NCBI GenBank assembly: GCA_964016885.1
Contig: OZ024742.1
Location: 238,204,001 to 238,268,000, forward strand
Length of the DNA stretch: 64,000 nucleotides
Reading direction: 5' to 3'
Source of the DNA: Eledone cirrhosa
Lineage: Eukaryota
Part shown: positions 27,964 to 41,744 of the stretch, piece by piece
How the letters are laid out: every line of letters begins with the position of its first letter
Position numbering within the stretch: position 1 is the stretch's first letter
The notes under the pieces: generated by a model
The model's database searches: none
What the model was told of the DNA's origin: nothing
Seen by the model: only the letters and a program-made list of their open reading frames with translations
Made by a program: the position numbers and the translations under genes

Positions 27964-30900
27964 ATACCCCTCTGCCTTTGCAGAGAATCAATGCATTTAC
28001 AAACTAACATATGTTTCAGCCGACAAAAATTCGGCCCTTTTCAAAAAACCTAAAACATTTATTTTTTAATGTTTCTAAAATTTATTTATGGTTTTATCCT
28101 CAGAGTTTCTTTTAGCATATCGGTATTTCACATAGGTTTATAACTCATATATCAATCGCAACAATGACAACAACAAAGACAGATAGTAAGAACACCGAAG
28201 AAAGTACGAGATTTCAAGATATCTTCAACAACTATAAATTTTCTTCACAAGAAAAACTATAGAGTTTCCCTAAAAATCTTTTTCAAATAAGCTTTTTCAA
28301 GATTAAAAGTGAGACATTAGCTTCAATAGTCATTTTAATTATATTTAGATTATGGTGTCTGCGCAGGTATGGTGCCTTTTGTGATAGATTTAAAAGCTTA
28401 TATTCATGATTAGATTGAGTTTTCCATTGATAAATGCATCGCAATAAGCTTTTAAAAAATGATAGACAGTATTAAAGAATTAATTTTAGTGCTAGCAAAT
28501 GTGTTTATAGTTAGAATTAATGTTGGTTCAGATTTAAATATTCCACTTGTTTTGAAATAGTAAACATGCGTATTTATTTATTTACTGCTGATTATATATG
28601 TACTTCCTTATTGGTGTTAGGCCGTTAATTTTACTCAAGTTCGATATTAAAGGGTTTTGTAAAATAGATTTAATTATTGCGGATTTTACAATTAATAATT
28701 ATAATTAATAGTTTCTTGCTATTTATGCACCTGTTATTATTTACTGTAGATAAATAGTTTACCCATATCATTAAATCTATTTGTCAACAATCAACCCTTA
28801 TAGTAACATATATACTTTATTACACGGTTCAATTATTATAAATTATAAATTTGACTTAATTATAATTTTGTAATTATTCTAATTGTCCCAAATGTTTAGT
28901 GGTGTTTTGAAAATATCGGTGTTAAATCATTTAGTGCAGAACTTAGCGGAAACCCTGTCGTAGTAACATTTTCTTTAGCAATGGTCGAAGGGAGGTAATC
29001 ATGTAGGTCAAAGTGTTACAGATAGCATTAAATTTATATGAAAAACTATAGAGGAGTGGTCACCACTCTTCTTATAGTTATATATATATATACGTTATTA
29101 CACGGTCAGTTATTATAGATTGTAAATTGGACTATAATAAGACTGTTTTTATCACAGTTATAATATGGTTTAAATTATAAATCCTAAAATAAAAAAAAAT
29201 TTGCTATTGTGATAACCTAGATGCCTCTTATAGTTACTGAGCATGCATTCAATGTTGGGTCTCTGCCTTAATTAGTATTTGGAGCTGAATAAGCTGGCTC
29301 AGCTTAAAAGTAGAATTAAAATTGTATTATGGTATATGATTAGCTATACGAAACTTACATATTTGTATGTATGCAGCTATGTTAATAAGCCAATCTACAT
29401 AGGCAAAAAACCTATATATGTTCGCTTGTTTCAAGTTCCAGCAGAGAGAGCTGTGAAAGCACTGTTCGGATGACGGCCACAGCCAGAAATGTACATTGAC
29501 AGTTGTTCCCCACTGCTTCTGCTGCAATTGGTGGACGGCGCTAGCCATCAACCTTTCAATATTCATAGCTAGAAGGCTTTCCAAATTTGTATTTATTAAA
29601 CATACCGTATATCATTAGAAGTATGAAATTCACATAATTGTATGTATACAACTATGTCGGAGCTAAAATGTGAATATATATATATATATATAGCTGTATA
29701 CATATATGTGTGTGTGTATGTGTGTGTTTGTGTGTGCGTGTGTGTGTGTGTGTGTGTGTACATGTGTGTACCTATATGTATGTGTATATACATATATGTG
29801 TATGTATATATATCTATATATCTATATATATATATATTTAAGTTTTAGCTCCGACATAGCTGTATACATATATATATGTGTGTGTGTGGTTGTTTGTGCG
29901 TTTGTGTGTTTGTGTGTGTGTGTGTATGTGTGTGTGTACATGTATGTATATATGTGTATATACATATACATATATGTGTATGTATATCTATATATCTATA
30001 TATATGTGTGCGTGTGTGTGTGGGTGTGTGTGTATAAGATATGTGATTAAAGTGTAGTACGTCACTATTTTCTTTGGTAAGATGATAGAAGCTCAATGCA
30101 TATTACCACTCTCAGTTTCTCGGGAGTACAAACTGAACGATTAAGTTATCGACAGTTAAAATATCCTGTTGATAAAGGTGGTTCAGGTAGCAGTACATTT
30201 AAAATTCAAAATTTTAAAAATAGTCAAGGATATTAAATTATTATTTAGTCTTTCATTTCTACGCACCTTTCAATGCGGCTAAAATATCACATCCATTTTC
30301 AGAGCAACTGGAAATTATCAGTTAACAATTTTCTGCATCATGGATGTTATATCCCAGCCGTATATCTTTAAAGAATCTTATACAGAATAAAAAAAATCAA
30401 TAAGGGTTTTAACCTGACAAAATTTTAAGAGTGAAGATGTCAAAAATCAAAATGCATACATTGTGCATACAACTTAAAGTAGGCAATAAGATTCAAATAC
30501 ATGTTATGCATAATGAATTTGTTTATAAACGTGCATTGTTATATGCTTGCTTCTGTTTTTTTCAAAAAAATTGTTAGATTGCAGTGAATGGGTTAATCTA
30601 TGGTTTGTTTATATGGACTCTAGATTCTAGAGGAATTTAAACGCTTTTCATTATCAAGGCAGGGCTGATTGTTAATTTAGCTATAAGACGATAATTTTAG
30701 TTTTATAGCTACGCATCCCTTTAATTACCGTTATGGCTGAATGAACTGTCTGATAGTTGACCAATAGATTAGAATCTTTAGATAACCACTAAAGCATAGC
30801 AATATTATTCTCATGGAAGAATGATCTGTATCGGCACTTGACCGCACTTACACTCTCACACCAGCCATAGAAGCAAACATCTAGTAGCATTCGGGAGCTG

Positions 30901-31174
30901 CCTCTTCACAATACAACAGTTTTTTTGTTGTTGTTTTTTAACAAGCAGTCCCCGAATCGAATTTTCGTTTTTCAATTTCCTTTCTCTTTTTCCAATCTTC
31001 CATGATAAGTGTGGGTTAAATGTAACAGTGTTATGTAATTCTGTTGAACTTGCCTGATAAGATCGTCCTGTTTTGTATTATATTTGGATGATGGAGCTGG
31101 GCCATCGAAATATGTATAGAGATTTCACGGAATTAAAATTTTAAAGCATCTTCCAGTTTGGCCTGCTGTTGTCG

Positions 31175-31231
<57 letters not shown>

Positions 31232-31297
31232 GAAGAGAGAAGAAACATTTAGATATAATTAGTAATAAAATGTATCATACCTAAACTGCTCCTAGAT

Positions 31298-31387
31298 TCT
31301 TCGACTACGTAGTTTCGTGGCATAAACAAAAACAATACATCATAATGATATAGAGTCCTTGCGAGGTCTGCCGACTTATCAAGAGGA
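31298..31387 (-). ncRNA. Type I hammerhead motif, U3-A8 core (copy 1)
   Basis: tcctc-TTGATAA-gtcggca...tgccac-GAAA-ctacgtag-TC-gaaga, with one stem I mismatch. Confidence 0.75.
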
Positions 31388-31890
31388 TACCTCATTTTAC
31401 TAGTCTCAAGAACGCGTCTACACGACGTGAGAAAGAATCCCAAAAGGCGGAGGGGGAGATAGTCACGCGATATAACGGTCGAGAAACAGAGCTAAGCCTC
31501 TTATAACCCCGAAGAAAATACCACGGAGGCGGAAGGGGTATTTATATCGAAGCCGTAGAAGAGGTGGTGAAGGAGACGAGAAGTATGAGTAATGGAAGCT
31601 TTTCAGCAGTCCCCACACTTCAAAGGTTGCTCGACCAGAGGGAGTTATTAACAATATTTTTAGAAACACACAGATACATGCGGACACACACATATACATG
31701 AATGCATCCGCACCCAACCGTGAGTTAAGGGTGCCAACTTCACCGATGTTGCTCAATGAATGACTGGGACAGACCAATCCGGTTGAACTAGACTGAACCA
31801 GTATCAGAGTTAAAAATACATTATGAAGAGAGAAGAAACATTTAGATATAATTAGTAATAAAATGTATCATACCTAAACTGCTCCTAGAT

Positions 31891-31980
31891 TCCTCGACTA
31901 CGTAGTTTCGTGGCATAAACAAAAACAATACATCATAATGATATAGAGTCCTTGCGAGGTCTGCCGACTTATCAAGAGGA
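31891..31980 (-). ncRNA. Type I hammerhead motif, U3-A8 core (copy 2)
   Basis: tcctc-TTGATAA-gtcggca...tgccac-GAAA-ctacgtag-TC-gagga: perfect stem I, palindromic stem III, GUC triplet. Confidence 0.8.
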
Positions 31981-33708
31981 TACCTCATTTTACTAGTCTC
32001 AAGAACGCGTCTACACGACGTGAGAAAGAATCCCAAAAGGCGGAGGGGGAGATAGTCACGCGATATAACGGTCGAGAAACAGAGCTAAGCCTCTTATAAC
32101 CCCGAAGAAAATACCACGGAGGCGGAAGGGGTATTTATATCGAAGCCGTAGAAGAGGTGGTGAAGGAGACGAGAAGTATGAGTAATGGAAGCTTTTCAGC
32201 AGTCCCCACACTTCAAAGGTTGCTCGACCAGAGGGAGTTATTAACAATATTTTTAGAAACACACAGATACATGCAGACACATGTATATATATATATATAT
32301 TTGTGTGTGTGTGTGTTTATATTTATATATCTATAAAACGTAACCAATGCCATTATCTCATAAGACAGCTTCATTACATAATAAGGTTACGTTCCTAAAT
32401 GTTGAGCTCTTTATTGTGTAAGCCATCAACTGCACCCGGAAATTCCCTCTACCGTAGGGACCGATTACACATATTGGATATTCCTACCAGCAGATGGACT
32501 TAAAATGATGAATAAACTTTCGACCGGATAATTAAGAGGACCAAAAGCAACGTAAAACCCCTTATTTTCCTGCAGCAACCTTCATTTCGCATAGAGGCCT
32601 GGAACCGAAATCCCCTCTCACTTCATCCGATGACGGACGGACAATGAATTTTATGTGCACTTAACATGGACACAATTTCATTGTGCATGTAACTGAACTC
32701 ACTATATTTGTCACCTCTACCCACATTTCCATTTCGATATATATATATTGTTTTCTCTCAAAATCTTTTTTCTCATATATATTTTTTTCTCTCTCTCATT
32801 TTATATCTATGTATTTTTGTTTTGTTCGTGTGATAGACTAAAATATTAACTACCGTAATTCCCTGTGTCGAAGACACTTCGTCCCTAATTTGGGCAACCA
32901 AGAGTTTGAAAAAAAAATAATAAACAACCTTTGGCTTCCAGGACGCATGGTACATTTTTGAGACTTATTTTAGGGGAAAAGTAACGTCTTCGACGCCGGG
33001 AAATACGGTAATTGATTATTTAATTATTATGTTTAATTATTACGTTCTATACTTTAAATCTATCTTCTATTCTTCGTTACTGTACTATCGTACAATATAT
33101 GAATAATATACCTTTAATATCCAATATGGATCCCTTTTCATAATTTCTAACTATGATTTGTACATTTTCCTTTTTATTTTTTTATTAACTTCAATTAATG
33201 ATTCTGAAGTCCAGAGTTTTGGTTTGGGATTTTTAAATTCTAATATCTAATTTTCAATCCTATTACCAATTTTAATTTCCATTGTGAAAACAATATCTAG
33301 ACCTTAGAATTAAGTTTTTATCCACTTCGCGGTCAATTCTATAGTCCAAATATAAATAGGGATAGTAGTGGAACATAAACCCTACCACAGAGTTCTGGTC
33401 GGCTGCTACTGGACGTTGGACAAGCAGTAAGCTATAACTTAGTGGTTAACGTGAACCCTGTGACCGTATGACCTCACCGGCTGGGACGGAGGAGATTGGT
33501 TGGGGAGAGGGTTATCTAGGCTAGCTTCGCTTTGTTATGGGTAGTAGTTAGATGGTCAACTTCATTCACATTTGCGCCTGCGCAAAGCTATGAAGGGAAC
33601 TAGAGCTCACAATGGAACGAGCGAAGGCTTCAAAAACATCATCTTTGTCCGTTCCCTTGTCGTTTTAATTTGGATTGCCTCAAGAACGTAACCTTATTAT
33701 GTAATGAA

Positions 33709-33783
33709 GCTGTCTGATGAGATCATGGCACTGGTTACGCGGTATCACGTGGCCACTGTCGTCATTGAAATATGTATCACAGC
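33709..33783 (+). ncRNA. Type I hammerhead ribozyme motif
   Basis: gctgt-CTGATGA-long stem II (gatcatggcactggttacg/cgtggccactgtcgtcatt)-GAAA-tatgta-TC-acagc. Confidence 0.85.
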
Positions 33784-33917
33784 CTTATCAATAAAGGACT
33801 TTAACATCTGCACCTACTTCGCATTTTCTCATTCTAAATATACTCCATCATTCCTATGTGGAAAACCTACGTAGAATGCTTCAATTGAATTGCATCAATA
33901 TTTACCATAAGTATATA

Positions 33918-34018
<101 letters not shown>

Positions 34019-34155
34019 GGAGGTGAGTTTTATTGTAGCACAATAAAGCAATGCAAATATCGGATAAGTAGCACTCTACAGTTTGTAGGACTGGAGTATA
34101 TGATTTAAAACTTCACTATTCACAAGTGTTTTTTAAGCTTCATGTCATGCCTCCC

Positions 34156-34226
34156 TATTTTATCTGATGAGAACGCAGATATCATCCCATGGTGATGTTT
34201 GTTTTTGAAATGCGCATAATAAAATA
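34156..34226 (+). ncRNA. Type I hammerhead ribozyme motif
   Basis: tattttat-CTGATGA-gaacgcagatatca...tgatgtttgttttt-GAAA-tgcgca-TA-ataaaata: 8-bp stem I, palindromic stem III. Confidence 0.85.
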
Positions 34227-34256
34227 CTTGGAACTCTTTTAACCATCTTTTGATCT

Positions 34257-34369
<113 letters not shown>

Positions 34370-35182
34370 TAAAACACCTGAAGTTTAAATCTGTAGTAGG
34401 TAGAGCACTCGGTCCATATATACAATTACATATATAAATAAAAAAAAGAGTATGAAGTTAGATTGTTCTTAGCTACTACATCATAACCCAAATCACCAGC
34501 ATTCACATACACCTACATATACATATACATTTATATGTATGTATGCATATGAATGTATACATACATACATACATACATACATACATACACCCACACACAT
34601 ATATACATATATATTATTATTTATATATTATTTATATATGTAAATGTATGTATGGCCCAGCAACAATTAGAAATTTGTATAGGAGCTTTGAAATAGCGAT
34701 GTATATATGAATGTACGTATTGTATATTTAATAATATACTGTATGTTTATTTAAAATCACTTTGAAGGCCTTTCGCTATGAATTTAAGGTAGTGACTATA
34801 GTCACATACCTAGCTTCAGGAAAAACAAAGGGAAATAACCGACCATTTAGCAGTGTGTTTTGGAAAGGCTGGTAATGCCGAAGATTAATTCGTCTGTGCT
34901 ATTTGTGTTATTTCTATATTATTTGAATGCGTTTTAGCAGCATCCTTTTGTAGTTCATTTTGCCGGAAACACAGTAACGTTTTGAGCGACATTAGTGTCT
35001 TTAATAATTCATCTTTTATTTATAAAATCATATTATGTATGTATATGTAACCACAAGAAGAGAAATAAAGAACAGCTGTAGAAATTTGAATTCGATTTCC
35101 TGCTTGTAACAACTCTTCATACATATATATATATGCTTGTGGAGATAAGTCTATGTATGTGTGTGTGTGTGTTTGTAATACA

Positions 35183-35261
<79 letters not shown>

Positions 35262-35304
35262 ACACACACGCACACACACACGCATATATATATATATATA
35301 TATA

Positions 35305-35499
35305 ACGAAGGAAGTATGGTAAGGAACCAGATGGACTATAACGCACCAGAGTACTCAATACTTAGAGTAGTAGAGTTGGTAATAGGAAAATGTTCAACCC
35401 CGACGGCAGAGCTCAAGCCGTTTCGACGGCTATTTCTGGACGTCCAGAAATAGCCGTCGAAACGGCTTGAGCTCTGCCGTCGGGGTTGAACATTTTCCG
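35305..35499. mobile_element. Fold-back pLTR-like element, family A
   Basis: Perfect 114-bp palindrome 35385-35498 (GAAAcggc..gccgTCgggg on each arm) plus an 80-nt left extension; (TA)n flanks. Confidence 0.85.
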
Positions 35500-35596
35500 A
35501 TATATATATATATATATTTATTAAAATAACAGATTAAAGTTTAAGCAAAGAATCGCTGCTTTCACCCTATTATTACTATTATTATTATTATTATTA

Positions 35597-35649
<53 letters not shown>

Positions 35650-35656
<7 letters not shown>

Positions 35657-35925
35657 ACTCTCCCGTCGATATCCGATGTGTGAGTGTCCAACAAAAGTTC
35701 AGCCCTCTGGATGGCGGTGTCTCATGTGACATTTCAATCCCGCCAATGACCCACAGACCAAGACATAGGTCGCAAGAGCAAGAGTTTATGGAGAGTCTTG
35801 CAGGTATCAAGGTATGTTGCTTCGTCCCTGTTTGGTCAACATGCAACTGGATTCAAAGCTCCTGATCGGACTATGGCACCTTTCTCTCCAGTCCTTTCTG
35901 TCAGCACCAATTTGTTCGCAATCAA
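35650..35925 (-). pseudogene. Probable RTE-type LINE 3' fragment
   Basis: GC-balanced segment between TA tracts ending in a ...gacgggagagtccatca/(TA)n tail; weak peptide similarity only. Confidence 0.4.
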
Positions 35926-35926
35926 C

Positions 35927-36002
<76 letters not shown>

Positions 36003-36819
36003 CTGTGTCCAGGAATCGAACTCACAACAAATTAAACAATACAGTACAGTGAAAAAATATATTAGTTTAATGCTTGATATATTAGGGAAAGTTTCTTAAC
36101 GTTTCGGGTACCTGTCGTTCATCAGATGGTAGAATGAGAAATAAAAGATGAAATAGAAAGAAAGAGAATGAGAAGACTAAGGAACGAAAAAGGATTTGTT
36201 AAGAAAAATCAGTTAGCCAATTTGGGGAAATGCTGGCCTGTGTGTATCTTAGATATTAGAAAGTTTTTGAAAAGGAGTTAATCCTTGTATATTTTGGAGG
36301 GACAAGTGTGTGTGTGCGTGCATGTGTACGTTTGCGCGCGCGCGTGTGTGTGTGTGTGTGTGTGTTGATTTGTTGATTTGTTCATTTGTCTGTGAAAAAC
36401 TGTGAATGGATGTGCGTTAGACTGTAACAGAGCTTGTTGCAGAGAGTGTAGAGGTGGGTATGCCCGCGCGTACGAGTTTACCAACGCAGGGAGGTATGCC
36501 TATGATTATGAAATTCTGCGTACACATACATACACGCCCACACTTAAAAACAATCACAAGAAGATGTAGAGAAAGAGAGGCTGTAGCGAATATGATTGTA
36601 GCCTTGACTCATTCCATGGTATGGCCGTAAGAGTAACTGTTTGGATTTGGGAACGACGATAGGGCTGTTCAACCGAAAACGGCTGAACTATTAAGTCGAG
36701 TCACTGCGAGCGAGGAGGGGGAAAATTGGGAAATGGTGGCAGGGCGTCGAATAGACGTTGGAAAATATCTAACACCCAGTGCCGGTGCTCTAGCATCGGC
36801 GCTGGGTGTTAAGCGATCA

Positions 36820-37305
36820 CACCCGCGCACATATGAGATAAAACACACATGCACTCTCATGCGAGAACCAATCTTGCTATATGGAAGTGAAACATGAACG
36901 CTTTCATCCAAACAAGATAAGCACCTTGATGGCACTTACACTCGCCTGCTTCAACGCACTCAGAACAAGCTGGCGACATCTCACTTTGAGAGAGAGCTAT
37001 GCCGCCCTCGCACGCATATCTGTCGTTGTACGTAAAAGGAGAGTAAGATTTGCTGGCCCCTGCGATCGTGCCACCTACGAGGCTGAGTCTCCATTAGTGC
37101 TTTGGAAACCGAAAGCAGTCACTAACAACAGGGGGAGCAAGCTCTCCTACCCCGATGTCATCTCCAGAGATTCTGATATTGAAATCCAGGACTTGGCAAC
37201 GGCAATGAACGACAGACACGCGTGGAGATCAATTGTTGAGACCATTTCGACTGAGGCCACCGGATGATGAAGATGAAGATGAAGATGATGATGATGATGA
37301 TGATG
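36820..37305 (+). pseudogene. RTE LINE 3' fragment with (GAT)n tail
   Basis: LLYGSET, LDGTYTRLL, RRVRFAG..R, LVLWKP, YPDVISRD, MNDRHAWRSIV; homologous to the C-terminus of the 46.9-kb RTE. Confidence 0.8.
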
Positions 37306-37934
37306 ATACGAGAACCATGGTGTGTTTTATGGGGACTCATCAATGCGTACGCATATAAGGGTGTGTACATGTGTACGCTTATACGTGCACATACGCGTGC
37401 ATGCATCTAGATGTGACAGGTTGTTGAGGTGGAGGGAGTGGTGAATGTGATGTTGTAATGACCGTCGATGCAGATGTATGCGTATATGATGCAACCATAT
37501 GTGTAAAAGCATAGTGTGCATGTAAGGCTACATGTTGTGCGTGATGGGATTGATGGTTCCAATGGGGTGCATATGTATGTGTGTGAGTAGGAACTTCATT
37601 ATGTGTATGCAGAGGTATATATGTTTGTCACGTATCCTGTATGTGAGTGTGTGTATTTGATGAGGTGGCCGGAGTTATGTGAGGATATTATATATTATAT
37701 ATATATACATTTTATTTACATATATATATATGCATTATAAATCACTTATATAAATGATTATATATATATATATTAAGATTGGTGCTCTGAAATAGCGATG
37801 TATACATGAATATATGTACAGTATATTTGCCAATATACTGTATGCTTAATTTAAAATATTTTGAAAAACCTTGCGCTATTATTTTAAAGTAGTGACTATG
37901 TCACTTACTTCTTTTTTCAACAAACAAAGGGAGA

Positions 37935-37980
37935 TAAGCTGATAGATCTGTTTCACACTGTTGGTGATCATCAGAGCTTA
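37935..37980 (-). ncRNA. Minimal type I hammerhead motif, canonical core
   Basis: taagct-CTGATGA-tcac caaca gtgt-GAAA-cagatcta-TC-agctta. Confidence 0.75.
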
Positions 37981-38248
37981 GCACTCGCCGATGTTTGTTG
38001 AAAATTATAGATGCTGGATTCTTATAGAATTCCAGTAATAATCAGAAACTGATTATACAGAGCGATTGCCGGTCCAGCAGTGCTAAGCTCTGATGATCAC
38101 CAACAGTGATTTTCAATTTTTGCTGGACCGGCAATCGCTCTGTATCGTAGAAGCATTGAAAAATGCTCCGAAACTCCAAGCCTAGGTTTGGATGAAACAA
38201 TTGTAAGTGAATAAATGCTTTGAACATAGCTTTGATTCTTGTGAATTC

Positions 38249-38397
<149 letters not shown>

Positions 38398-39667
38398 ATC
38401 TTTAAACACACAGATAAAGCTTTCTTAAATTGTCTGACTGTGTATCTTCATGAACCACTCTGTCGATGCTTATATTTGCTAAAAGAAGCGACTACATTCA
38501 TGTTACAAAATTGAGCTTTATAAAAGAAAATGTAGATGATATTTATTTATGAATATCACGTTTTTTATTTCAGTTAAATGTGTTGTTTTTTATGTACTTC
38601 CAAATATCTTCGAACAAATAGACTATTGAAATGTATTTTTATGTTGTGCACGTAACCCATTTACAGATTAGTTGTTATTCTAAATACTGCTTGCTGATAT
38701 TTTGCAAAACAATGTTTATGAAGTAGAATACTTTCTATAGAGATCGATGAAATAAGTACCACACTTGAAATATAGAAGTACTGCGTCGATATGATTGACT
38801 AAATCGCTTCAAGTTAGTGCCAGTAAGACCGCATTCTAATGGCTGGAGCCAGTAAAATGATAAAAAAATAGGAAATTACTCAACTTGACTTAAATAAGAT
38901 GTTTTAGCTATATTAATCTGTTAGCATATATTTTGATGAAAGGCGGTGAATTGATAGTATCGTTAGGGGGTCGGATAGAACGCTTCGCGTTACTCGTTTC
39001 AGCTGTGTTCAAAGTGTAAATCACGTCGAGGTTAACTTCGCTTCTCATCCTTTCGAGTACTAGGATCCATTTTTTCGTTTTTCTCTTTATATATCTCTTT
39101 CTCTGGAAGAAATCGGCTGTGTTCAGACCTGGAGAATGATATGCCCCGCCAGGTTTTGAAAATGTCCAAGATGTATATCACAACGGCGCCCTGGCGATTC
39201 TTTCAATGTGAAAATATGAAACAATGAGGAAATTGTTAAGAAAGAACTTTTACAATGCAAGTTCGAAATACTTATACTTCTATATATCTGTTACCAGTGC
39301 CATGACGAAGTTCCTCCTCCGGCACACTCTGTCTAGCATTTCCTTCTGAATTTCTCCTGCTTCCAGCCGGTGTCATCTTCAAGAACATCCTTCAGCGTAG
39401 TGGAGTGAAAATTAGAATAAAGTTAGAAAAGCAAAATAACAGATTACATTTTTACCATATATTTCATATTTGGAACGCATTTTACGTGTCGTAAATATGA
39501 GGTAAAAATCTAAACTAGTTTTCACTCTTTGTTTGCAAATTCCTTTTGTACTATTTCTTTCAAGTGCGTTGTTCTTAGTTCTTAAATCATTATGATTAAA
39601 AATAAAAGTAATATATATAAACATACACATACCGACCATAATTAAATATGGAATGATACGCGATGCC

Positions 39668-40025
39668 CCCCCCCCCCCGGCGGTCAGAATGGAGAAGGCG
39701 TTTCCCCGGAGGACAGCAAGGGAGACGCGCTGGAAAAGCCACTCCAACTCGCGGGCCACATACCTGTGGCTGGCCAGCTCAGCGCCTATGGTGGTGAGTA
39801 AGGAGGTAGCCCTAGGGCCAAGGACACCAGAAGTCTCCACTGCCGGAGGTACAACCGCAAACCTGTCGGAGAGCGACCGGTATTTGAGGAGTTTAGCCTC
39901 CTCAGCCCGACGTGCAGCAGAACCCGGGTTAATCGCAGACTGCACCCGGGTTAATCGCAGGTTGCGGCTGCAGAAAGTGTCGGTGCAAGTGGTATCCCAG
40001 GCGAGGGGTTTGCTACCGCGGCTTT
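39668..40025 (-). pseudogene. CRE-clade-like retrotransposon RLE C-terminal fragment
   Basis: LAWDTTC..AEEAKLLKY..AVETSGVLG..LFQRVSLAVLRGNA, typical of the C-terminus of CRE-clade RLE elements. Confidence 0.75.
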
Positions 40026-40228
40026 CTCTAATCAATCTTAATCATATGAACTATACAGAATGTTTTATCTTTTATACGGGTTATAGCAGAAATCTAAATG
40101 GAATACTTGTTTAAATAAGATTGAGAAGAGCAAGTTAAATAACATTGTGATGAGGGAGTTTAATACACATTTAATACTACATGTATATGGTATATGTATG
40201 TATAGGATATATGGATATATGTATAGAG

Positions 40229-40229
<1 letters not shown>

Positions 40230-40260
<31 letters not shown>

Positions 40261-40327
40261 TGTATGTATGTATGTATGTATGTATGTATGTATGTATGTA
40301 TGTATGTATGTATGTATGTATGTATGT
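40230..40327. repeat. (TATG)n microsatellite
   Basis: Directly visible. Confidence 0.98.
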
Positions 40328-41179
40328 AGTGTGGATCGATCGATCGACCTGTAATACCTGGTGTAGGCGCAAGTGCATTTAAAACCTGGTGGAGTTCATT
40401 CCCTCTCCACGTTTGAACACAACTGATTTCATTCACAGTCGAAGAGACATTGATAGAAGATAGGAGAAAAGGAGATATAAGGAAGGAATCAACCCCAGTA
40501 CTGGTATTTTTTATCGACCTCGAAATGACGGGATTTGAATTCAAAGCGAAGAAATGAAGTACCACAAAGCATTCTATTTGATGTTCTATTGGCTCTGCCA
40601 GGTCGCCACTTTGTAGCGATATATAGATCCCAAAATAAAGTTCGCATTCTACTGCATTCTCTTTCTCATATTTATCATAATTTAGCAATATGTAGTTGTT
40701 GTTTCTTTTGTTTGTTTTTTTATTTTGTTAATCATAAATTTGTCTCAATTCAAAATACTCTGCCGATACAAGTTTTATCTATCTGTTTATACATATTACG
40801 AGTTCAAATTTTTCAAAATTTCTTTAAAAATAATCTATTATATTTTAATCAGCATTGAAATGATGAAGAATCGTTGTAAAGAGACTGTTAAGAAGGTTTG
40901 AGAAAAGCATGTTTAAAGACGCCGAGATGATTGTGTTAAAAAATATCGAGAATAGAAGAGAGTATTAAAAAAGATTGAGAAAAGAAGTTTAAAAAAACAT
41001 TGAGAGGTGTGCGTTAACATGCTGTAAACGAGTGTTAAAAAAACATTAAGAGAGCATTACAAAAACATTGAGAAGTAGCCTACTTATCAGCTTGGGGTTT
41101 TCTCCAACTAGTTTTCGGTACCTTGTGATTCATTATGGTACCAAAGATGATTGGAGAGATCCCCCACAGTTGACTTATC

Positions 41180-41320
41180 ATCGGTTACAGAGAAAAACCA
41201 CCAGCTTCTAAATCGGCTACAGAGAGAACATCCGCTTCCAGATCGGCTACAGCAAGAAGATCTGCTTCTAATTCGGCTACAGAAAGAACATCCGCTTCTA
41301 CCATTGGTTACAGAGAAAAT
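41180..41320. repeat. Degenerate ~30-bp tandem repeat (4-5 units)
   Basis: cggctacag...gcttcta units. Confidence 0.75.
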
Positions 41321-41532
41321 CATCGATTTATAAAAGGTCTTGGATGGGTTTAAATAACTATTTACGTCTTCATATGAGTGTATATATTTATTTACTTATT
41401 CCCGATGGTGTCTTACGAAAGTCACATACGAAAACTAAAAAAGAAAACTTTAACGTATACTCCGAGCTTCGAACAGACTTCAACTTATCCCTGAAATCGT
41501 CTAAATCCGTTAATTACGCACGCGTGGGTACG

Positions 41533-41607
<75 letters not shown>

Positions 41608-41691
41608 GACGAAGGGAAACTTCCCCCGTTTATGCCTTCCTCTTATTTATAAATACACTTTATCCAGCAACTACACAGCCCCTCTTTCTTC

Positions 41692-41744
<53 letters not shown>

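Larger units (their letters stand above)
31228..32282 (-). mobile_element. 593-bp head-to-tail tandem, retrozyme/Penelope-pLTR-like
   Basis: Unit 31228-31820 plus a near-identical partial copy 31821-32282; one hammerhead per unit; no meaningful ORF; TA-rich flanks. Confidence 0.85.

Noticed and set aside
29327-29584. Possible host exon in a GC-balanced patch (similar patch at ~25650-25745)
   Set aside because: No recognisable protein motif and no convincing splice signals.
31045-31125. CTGATAA...GAAAtatgtaTA hammerhead-like motif
   Set aside because: C3/A8 mismatch and weak stem I; at best a relic.
36090-36130. Minus-strand CTGATGA...GAAAcgtt
   Set aside because: Stems I and II pair poorly.
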